A DNA stretch of 64,000 nucleotides from Schmidtea polychroa. Its lineage: Eukaryota. The notes below the pieces were generated by a model that did no database searches, was not told the origin of the DNA, and saw only the letters and a program-made list of their open reading frames with translations. Numbering within the stretch: position 1 is the stretch's first letter; every line of letters begins with the position of its first letter. A program made the position numbers and the translations under genes. This document shows, one piece after another, positions 39,335 to 48,028 of the stretch. The stretch is taken from NCBI GenBank assembly GCA_044892525.1, contig CM097885.1, positions 57,970,001 to 58,034,000 on the forward strand, read 5' to 3'.

Positions 39335-40620
39335 TGTTGAGGTCTGTAAATTAAAATTAAAAATTTAAATAAAATTTAGGATAATAATTCAAATGGAAAG
39401 TAAGCGAGGAAAAAAGGCAAATAAAAGCGGGATCGTGCACAGAATCAATAGTAAAGGAAAGTGTGACGGAAACAGTAATAGAAAATGCAAAAAGCAATTA
39501 CGAAAGGCGAGAATCCGGAAATCCGAGAAAAATCAATAAATGGAAAAATCATCGAAATCGAATGGGAAAAACGGGACAGGTATAGATTAGCTAATGGTCA
39601 ACAAGATGATGGTTAGGGATTTATCAGAAAAGGGTTAGGAAGGGTCGAAAAATATTCAAACGTATGAAAACAGAAAACGTTAATTAATTAATTAATTGGC
39701 TAATGGAAAACCCGAGCTAATGGGAAACCCGAGCCAATGGAGAACCCGAGAGATAAAGGAAACCCGAGCTGGGTAAACAAGAAGAAAGGCAAACAAAAGG
39801 AAGATTTGGGCCCATTAGCTTGACACAATGATTAATGGGAAAAGAGTAAGGAGAAGATAGCGCGCGTAGGAAGACCGGTAGGGCCATTAATTATCTGGAT
39901 TCGTTGGACCATTATGGGTGACAGCCGAAGCAAACACGTAGGAGAAAATGTCAAACGAAAGATTGGCTCGGCAATAACCATTTGTCATCCTGATTTCGAG
40001 GAGTATATAAGCAAAGGGAAAATCAGAGAAAATCGGCATTCTGCCTCAGCTAGGGTTCGAAGAATTAGACTGTAGGAAAAGTTGGTAGACGAATTAGGAA
40101 AGTAGGGAAAAGAAGAAAAAGAATTAAGATTACGGAAAGGGGAAAAGGAATCAAACCAAACAGAAACCGAGGAAAACGTGAATCGAGAGAATCTAAAGGA
40201 CTAAAAGGTGAATATTATTTGTTTGCAAAGCATCAACGCCGAGCGGAGAATCGTATAAAACTTTGATTGGTAATTGTAGCGTGATAATAAATTGTGAACC
40301 TGTTGTTTCAATATACGTTGGGTCGTTCATTGTTTTGATTTAAAGAACACTAGGAGTCAGAGAGAACCGACTTGAAATAATCCAAAACCCAACAAACTTT
40401 ACTATCTGTAGTTTTTTATGATATTTAATCAAAGGAACGTGAGGATTCATGGAACCGAATCCTACCGGAACATTTATTATTAAAACACAATAGTGTTTTT
40501 CTGGGAGGAGGTATGGGCAAAATGAAGCGAGCAAACGAAAAAATGAATACGAATATAATAATTTTAAATCGATTGGGGAACATAGACCAACTAACTAATT
40601 AATTAATTGATAAGAATAAT
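39335..40620 (+). mobile_element. LTR-like sequence (family copy A; right end approximate)
   Basis: Starts TGTTGAGGTC, has four AATGG/AAACCCGAG units after AATTAATTAA and a TATA GTATATAAG. AGAACACTAGGAGTCAGAGAGAAC matches copy B. Confidence 0.55.
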
Positions 40621-40899
40621 TCAATTAAATAAAAAACAAAATTTCAGAGCTTGACAGGTATCATGGAAGCCTATCAAGTTTAGTTCTAGATATAACTAAA
40701 TGTATTGGTCCATGTTTTCCTTGACTTGTGTCATAATAGTATTTAGCACAGAATAATTTTTTAAAAATTTACTTTTAGTACTAAACCTCAAAAATATTGT
40801 AAGCGGATTTAGCCCAAATGTCCTAGTCCAAGAAGTGCTTACCAACAAGACTAGGTAAAAATGACTGAATGTCACTGGCTTGAGAGCACCTGGTATATC

Positions 40900-41320
40900 C
40901 CAAAGCAGATAAAGGCATAAAATCTAAAGCTGGAGGATCAGCAAAGGAAAATAGAAAATTGGGAGGTCAATCTATATCTACTCCAGTTGGCAAATAGAAA
41001 ACTTACCGAACAACTAAATAAACAATCCTTTGAAGAGTACTTGGACAATTCGATGCATAAGGTTGAAGGACAATATACCAGTTACACCATTCGTACTGAA
41101 TGCAAGGATATTCTTCTTGGCTTGGACATTGATAAATTATCTCTAGAAGAGCATCACATTGAAGTCCTCAGTGTTCATGAACACTCCTAACGCGTGGATT
41201 AGATTCTAGAGAAGCAGCCAAAGTATTTATAAGCATATGTGCAACTAATCTAAATTGTAGGGTTACAACAGTTAATAAACGACTTTGGAACCGAGTTTGT
41301 GCACTCAAACAAAATATTCT
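40900..41320 (+). mobile_element. Highly decayed retroelement integrase remnant
   Basis: EAAKVFIS and NDFGTEFV resemble the integrase core DNGxEF region. Confidence 0.4.
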
Positions 41321-41980
41321 AATCTTTTAGTTTTATGATGATAGTATTTAATCAGATTTAATCAGATGTTATACACTAATATTTAAATAAAACTAGAACC
41401 TTTTAAGTGCATTAATCATGTATGTTTTGACCAATAACTGTGAATAGAGACATAATAGAAAAGAGTGACTGTGTAGGATATAAAAGGGAATCACCCTAGT
41501 TATGATCAGTTAGTGTCTTTTACCAATACATTGGACACAGATACCTTTAAAACTTTGCAGGATCCAGAGGTTCTCATCGTTATTTCGAACTTCTGCAAGG
41601 CCATACACAACTAACATTACTTGTGATGGGTGTGTTTAGTTGCATCGTATTTTGAATTGACTATAACTACGAAATGAATTCTCATCCGTAACCAAAGAGG
41701 CAGAAGTAAGTTAACGGATATATTTGGAGGACTGGGCAGCAGGAAATCCTAAATATAAAATACCTTGATGTATGAAGACCAGGAGGTATATACTAAGTAC
41801 TTCCAACAGTAATTAAAAAGCAGACTTATAGTATTACGCAACCCTAACAATAATCGGAAGAAATTACTCTCGCTCTCTCAAGACTGATGGCTCACATTGA
41901 TTAATTTGTTTTCATGGGTGGTTATATGATAGAGCCGAAAGCGTAAACTTAGTTATTAAGCAACTGAACAGTTAAAATAC

Positions 41981-42705
41981 TGTTAGGGTTCAACAAGAGA
42001 GGTACAAATTGAGGTGAAAAATCAATAAAAACACCAAATTCACAATAATAATTTAAAGTACAAAAATATTAATTGAAAATTAAAAAAGTTTAAAATGAAT
42101 ATTTTTCGGGGAAAACTGATATGGGCGGATGCCAAACAATGAGACGAGTACAAATATGCTAAAATAAAGTTAATAGGAGGTCCCTAGAATGAAATAATTA
42201 CAAAAAACTAAAATTAATTAAAAATTAATTATCTAACAGAAAACCCGAGCTAATGGGAAACCCAATCTAATGGAGAACCCGATAAGATAAAGCCCGGAAA
42301 AAAAGGATACAAAGCAATTTGATTAAGGGATAATAAAATTACGAGATGGGTATAAAAGCCACCGGAAAGTAAACAGAATTGCCAGTAGGTTGAAGAAAGA
42401 AAAGAGATTGTTTAGTGAAAGGAAGCAAAGGAGAGTTTAACTTTGTGATAACTGGTGGGTTACTGGTGGTTGAATGATTGAGTGCTGTTACCAGCGTAAC
42501 CCAAAATACAACATTGTTTTTCCGCTTGGTACCCGTTGAGTGATCAACGTTGGTACTGTACCAAGGGTTGAGTACTCGCAAAAAGTGAGCGCATCAAAGC
42601 ACTATAGTTGTCGAGTACTCCGTGGGTTCACGGACTACCGATAGAAGGTGTGTGTCCGATTTCTCAGGTCCCTTTATCAAAATTGTTTTCCCAACCTTAT
42701 GCACA
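41981..42705 (+). mobile_element. LTR-like sequence (family copy C)
   Basis: Starts TGTTAGGGTTC, carries the same AAACCCGAGCTAATGGGAAACCC repeats and a TATA GTATAAAAG. Candidate end GCACA at 42705. Confidence 0.55.
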
Positions 42706-42850
42706 AACTCTCATTTCCCAGGCAATCATAAACTGTACTAGTCATTATTTTATCACTACAAAACGTGCAGTATTTTAACAAGGAACATATTATTTGAAGA
42801 CTACCACAATACATAAAAATACTACAAAACACCTAAAACCGAATATAAGT

Positions 42851-43357
42851 TCAAACAGGCTTATTGGTAGGACTGGCCAATTCCGTCGCAGCTGCTAGTG
42901 ACGAATTTGCTTGTCGCTCGTATTCGGCCAGTCTAGCTTTCTTCAATTTTTCCCGAATATTTCGGCCTAACCGCTTTCTTTTGGGTTTCTCTTTCGCGGC
43001 CGGGGGGTATATTGCTGCTAGTTCCACGGTCAACGGCCGGATTTGGCTTATGGCGGCTCCGTGAACTACTTGTTCATTGCGTTCGGTTTTTAACGCGCGG
43101 AGCTGGAGTTTCAGTGCCCGGATCTCCATCTGATCCTGCGCAGCTTGAGTCTGCAGTTGAAGGACCTGCGCCACCTTCTTTTTCATATCCTCGGGACTAA
43201 ACCAGGTGCTTTCTAGTTCCCGGCACCGTCCCTTGAGCTTGTCTACTCGTATGCGGAGCTCCTCGGACTGTTTTTGAGCTTCTGCCCTATCTCTTCGCAG
43301 ATTTTCCAATAGTTTGAACACTAGATAAATTCAACGATTATATTCTTGCAGCATACT
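42851..43357 (-). CDS. Orphan coiled-coil/basic protein X2 (TWFSP family), 156 aa
   Basis: Intact GC-rich ORF whose start codon would be formed as A|TG across a predicted 36-nt GTATGC...TAG intron (43356-43321). Aligns without gaps to X1. Confidence 0.75.
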
Positions 43358-43530
43358 ATTCATTCAATTATAAAATAAAATCAATATTATAAATAAACAT
43401 AGTTTCGGATGTTAAGCACGCAATACACAAGATGATTTATTAAAAGGACTGAAATAATTATCACTAAAATCAAAGTTTAATAAAGTCACAACTGAATGAT
43501 AATTTGCAAAAACAAAATTTTGACGATGAG

Positions 43531-43896
43531 TCAGTTCAGTCGCTTGCGAGGCCTTCCCCTCTTCCGCGGGGTTGCCTCGGCCTCTTCTAGGTCCTCCACG
43601 GTTTTTCCCTCTTTTTCTGCTTGGATTTGTAGCTCGATCTTCTTGAGTCGCATCTGAGCTGCTTCTACCTCGATGGCCGCTCGGTCGCGGGCCTCTTGCA
43701 AAAAATCGTTTGTGGGCTCTGTTTTTACCCACGCCGGAGCGTCCGGCTCCGGCCCACTCCTGATTACTGGGCCAAAGTTGTCGAGGTCCAAACCCCGATT
43801 CCAATCATGGATACGGTGCCATATGTACCGTGTACGGAGTCTGGTAAGCATCTGTCGGTCGGCTTCTTCGTGGCTATCGCTGTCAGAGTAGGACAT
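43531..43896 (-). CDS. Small AT-hook protein, 121 aa
   Basis: C-terminal TPRKRGRPRKR AT-hook after a coiled-coil-like stretch. ATG lies 2 nt after the acceptor of a predicted 42-nt intron (43940-43899). AATAAA at 43441-43436. Confidence 0.75.
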   Translation of the reverse strand: MSYSDSDSHEEADRQMLTRLRTRYIWHRIHDWNRGLDLDNFGPVIRSGPEPDAPAWVKTEPTNDFLQEARDRAAIEVEAAQMRLKKIELQIQAEKEGKTVEDLEEAEATPRKRGRPRKRLN

Positions 43897-44658
43897 TTCT
43901 ACAAAATAATAATCAAGCCCCTCTATGCTGATTGAGATACGACGTCAACCACAAGATTTTGTTGACCCTTTTTCCCTTTTAAAAAAATATTTTATTTTAA
44001 GACTAACATCTATAAGCTTAGGAGCAGTGGAATAAGATTTCCTACTTTATCAAAACAAACACAAAAAAAAATTTCGTCAAAATTCGTTTGTTTAAATCAA
44101 TCATTTCCATTCAAAATTTTGTTTACCACTGAGTGGTAATTTTAATTACTATTTATAAATTTTAATTTATATGTTAATAAAATGTGAATTTTTTTTTGGT
44201 CGTCATTTTTAGGCCACTAAATTCGGGCACGCTGGGGCGACAGGTACTAGCAACGAACTAAGCTCTTCGTCTGCTTACCTTTCCTTCGGTTGTGCTCGTT
44301 ATGAGTGGTTTGCTCTACATGCAAGTAATTTATTTGATTTTTTTTTACTTCCTTATTTTTTAGGCGATAACATTAGGAACCTCGATCGAGTAAGGGGAAT
44401 ATATTAGCTTGGAGTAGTCTTCCCATAGTTCTTCCCAGGGAATGACATTTCATGCCCAATATTTGATTTGGACCCGCAATTTGTCCCTCGCAGAAAATTG
44501 GAAATTTTTCGGGAATATTTGTATTCTGTATGTAGGTAAATCTCTGCGAATTATGGCTTATTTATTCAACTGCATGGTTCGCCGGAGTCATCCTCACCAT
44601 CTCCTGGAAACTCTTGATTGTCATAGCCCCGTCTTGAATTTTTCCTTAAGGTTTCTCT

Positions 44659-44680
44659 GGGGGGGGGTGTTGCTAAATAT
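44659..44680 (+). promoter_or_regulatory. Polypurine tract (G9) followed by TGTTGC, a probable 3' LTR start at 44668
   Basis: Same G-run+TG geometry as the unambiguous PPT/LTR junction at 13999/14000. Confidence 0.55.
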
Positions 44681-44809
44681 AGATTTTCAGTTAGGAACGT
44701 TTTTATTGGGCAAAAGAATTGACTCCAAATCTAGATATGGGGAAAAAATCAATAATTGATTTTTTGCTTTCCTAGTAAGTAATACTAATTATGATCATAA
44801 CCGTAAAAA

Positions 44810-44985
44810 TGGTGATAACGAGGATAACAAATGATCGTAGTGGTAATAATAATAATAGTAATAGTCATAATAACAATAATGATAATAATAATAATGAGAA
44901 CAATAAGGATAGCAATAAGAACAATAATAGCAATAATAATAGTAATAATGATAATGGCAACAATAATAATAATAGTGATAATATA
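44810..44985 (+). repeat. Degenerate (AAT)n microsatellite
   Basis: Runs of aat/aac/gat triplets. Confidence 0.9.
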
Positions 44986-45229
44986 ACTTTATATTTTACC
45001 ATTCGTATTTTGGCTTTCACAATTTAGGGATTCATATTTTATGAGTTCGAAGGTTACATTTTGCACTTTACAGGTTTTCGTCTACGATTTTCAATTTTTT
45101 TATCTTACAGTTTATAAATTCATACTTTAGAAGTTCTCATCATACACTTTATAATTTATAAATTGTTTATTTAACATTTTACCATTTTATATTTTTTACT
45201 TCCTAATTTTCTATTTTCAGATTTATAGT

Positions 45230-45640
45230 TTCATGGTCTACCATTTAGAAATTTGGATTCTTGATTTATGATTATATGGTTTAAATTTTTTGTTCAATAT
45301 TTTACGACGTTATGTTTTCGACTTAATGGTTATGATTTATACAATTATAGTCTACTATTTAGAAATTTAGATTTTTACTTTATGATTATATAGTTTTTGC
45401 TGACAATTTATATTCAACATTTTTCGATCTTACATTTCAGACTTCATCGTTATGATTTGCCCTTTTATGATCTACAGTTTAGATTTTTGATCCATAGTTG
45501 TATAGTTTATAACTTATAATACTATATTCGGTATTTTAGACTTTATGATTATACTTTACACTTTTAAAGTCTACAATTTAGAAATTTAGGTTTTTAATTT
45601 ATAGTTGGTAGTTTTATATTCAGTAATTTACGGTTTTAGG
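45230..45640 (+). repeat. Degenerate ~110-115 bp tandem repeat
   Basis: TCTACnATTTAGAAATTT(A/G)G recurs at about 45237, 45352, (45470) and 45570. Confidence 0.6.
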
Positions 45641-46009
45641 TCTATAATTTATCAATATAATTATCTCCAAGCTATTATAGTTATTTATAAAAGTTATAAT
45701 CAATTATTTATACCTTTAGGAATATGTTACAGTGAGAATTTAGATTCGGGATTCTTTTAAATTTATAACTTTTTCCTTTACGTTGGATTCATTAAGTCGG
45801 TGATTTATTCACAGGTCTATCCAAATTTAAGCTCTACTTAGACATAGGCCGAAGAATTTTACCATTTCTATTATTCCAATTACCATGGGCTCCTATTACC
45901 AAACCTAATTCGGCATATGTCCAAGTGTACCAAAATATTATTATTGATCAACCAACTACATTAATGTGCTTGCAGAATTGTGTAAGTTTAGGTATGAGCT
46001 CTACTCAAT

Positions 46010-46402
46010 TTAGGACCTTAGTGTGGAGTCGTTGTTTATGATTTTGAATGTGGATTTTTCATGTGTATTAAACGAAAGTCGGGAAGAATATTGCTTCCAT
46101 GGCCCCACTGTGACCACTTCTACAAACCTTAGTGTTGTGTGCTGAGTCAACCATTTACGGTTGACCTTGAATAAATACAAAGAGTCAGGCGGAGGGTTTC
46201 CTCGACCTAACTCCATGGCAGGACCATGAAGTAGTTCGACCTCCGGCTGACCCGAACAAAAAGAAATCATATAATAAATATCACTATAATAATGATAATG
46301 CGTGTCTGCATGTCCTGTTAATAACGATTTTAATAAATTGGATGCAGGACTGAACAACGACGCAGGAATACCAGTACGCCGTTGATCACTCATACATCGC
46401 AA
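46010..46402 (-). CDS. Orphan ORF, partly GC-rich, possibly spliced
   Basis: 130-codon open frame with coding-like segments either side of an AT-rich, intron-like stretch. Same strand as X2 and the AT-hook ORF. Confidence 0.35.
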   Translation of the reverse strand: MRCMSDQRRTGIPASLFSPASNLLKSLLTGHADTHYHYYSDIYYMISFCSGQPEVELLHGPAMELGRGNPPPDSLYLFKVNRKWLTQHTTLRFVEVVTVGPWKQYSSRLSFNTHEKSTFKIINNDSTLRS

Positions 46403-47703
46403 AAATTTTTAAGCAAAAATAAATTTAAAATACCATCTATATAATTAAACAATTAATATACAAATAAAGATCAATGCTTACTATCGATTTTGGAAATTTC
46501 GTCACAAAAATTTGGCATAAAAAGTGATTGATTGTGACTGAAACGTGTCAGTATATATACCTATTTAGTACACGTGTATGTATTGATGCATTAAAACAAA
46601 CTCGAATTCTTTTTATTCCAGAATTTTCTATTTTACGATTTTGCTATTTTTAATGGCAATTTTTGTGCCATAATTTTTGTTTTTATTTTTATATTTTTAT
46701 TTTTTAATTATTTTTCATTAATTTTACGTCCATGATGGATTTGGAACGGTTCCAGAACATTCTATTTTACTTTTAATTTAATTCTTATTTTAACTGATGT
46801 TTTTATGAATTCTTTTTGAGATTTTTTTTTTTTTTTTTTTTTTTTTATTTTTAATACTAATTTATTGATTTTCCTTAACTTTTGTTGTTCTAGATAACTT
46901 TTGTGATGGTCATCGCCATTTTTATAGAATGTTCTGGGTTTTTCTGGAATGTTTTACTGTTTTTATCGTCTTTTAAGTTATTCGAGTCTGTTTTTTGTAA
47001 CTCTGTGTTTATTTGGTTATTTTTGAGTTAGATTTTTGCATCACTTCTTGCTTTTGTATAATTTTGTTTAATTTCTTTGTTTATGTTTTTGTTGCTTTCT
47101 CCTTTAGTTAATATTGTTTATTTGATGTAATTTTAATATTTAGCTAAACGTCTTGCTTTTGCATGTTGTGTACCTGCACCTTTCAGTCACAATTCAAGTT
47201 TGGGTCTAGAAGTCAGTTCTAGCCCAACATAACTAATCTTTTCGAATCCAGCATACCAAAAATGGACATCTCCCGTTGAACAATTAACCCCTGCACAAGG
47301 TTCAATTTCGAATTGAAAAGTGTGCAGAGCAAAAAAGTGGTTTAAAGTGTGATTATTTCATTAAAGAGTGTAATCGAAAAAGTGTAATTGTTATAATCTT
47401 GAATAAATATTATTGTGTTGGATTGTTCAATTTGATTAGCAAAAGGACACCAAGGAGTCAGATAGTGACACTGACTTGTACAAAATACCCAACAATACAA
47501 AAATGAAGGACACAATGACAGCCAGTCAACCAAATGTAAATATAAATAACTAAAATAAAATGTAAACCTTATGTAGGAGTTATGAAATCCGTTTAAATTG
47601 GTACATTATTTCGATTGCTTTCTCTGTAACTCATTATTCTACACTGTGATAGATATTTTAGATGAATATTCAAGAAATAAATTTCGTTAAAAATGTTTGT
47701 TAA

Positions 47704-47786
47704 CCCTTTAATGGACAATGACGTGTATACACGTCATACTACTTCGTTCTGGGAACAGCTACTAAAAAAGTGCGTCCGCGGAAGGA
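47704..47786. mobile_element. 83-bp piggyBac-like mini element
   Basis: Flanked by TTAA on both sides, starts CCCTTT, and contains the perfect palindrome ATGACGTGTATACACGTCAT. Confidence 0.55.
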
Positions 47787-48028
47787 TTAAATTCTGTGAT
47801 ATTTAATAATAAAGGTTAAAATAGATATTTTAATTATAAATTTATAATTATGACATAATACGAATAAGTTGCATAAGCAAAATAATTTGATAACTTGTAA
47901 TTGGTAGTAAATTTATTTAAACTTTATAATAATTGCAATCAAAAAATTTATTTAACATTTGTTTAACACAAGAGATTTTCTACAATTTATTTACAAATAT
48001 TAAAAGATTTAAAAAAAATATTTTCACA

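Noticed and set aside
39690-39780. Short spaced repeats as a CRISPR-like array
   Set aside because: Eukaryotic context, 3-4 short imperfect units with no unique 30-40 nt spacers and no cas genes; these look like LTR enhancer repeats.
39335-42705. Blocks A and C as the paired 5' and 3' LTRs of one element
   Set aside because: They share only motifs, far below the identity expected of paired LTRs; no PBS, PPT or TSD found.
43412-43804. Arg/Gly-rich overlapping ORF in a second frame, plus antisense ORFs 43673-43935, 42864-43200 and 31627-32330
   Set aside because: Expected shadows of GC-rich coding sequence. The AT-hook and TWFSP frames have the splice, start and homology support, though dual coding is not excluded.
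44791-45027. Asn-rich 78-aa ORF
   Set aside because: It is the translation of an (AAT)n microsatellite.
47180-47533. Coding-like minus-strand pieces divergent from MDH2
   Set aside because: Frames do not join by plausible splice sites and no family was recognised.
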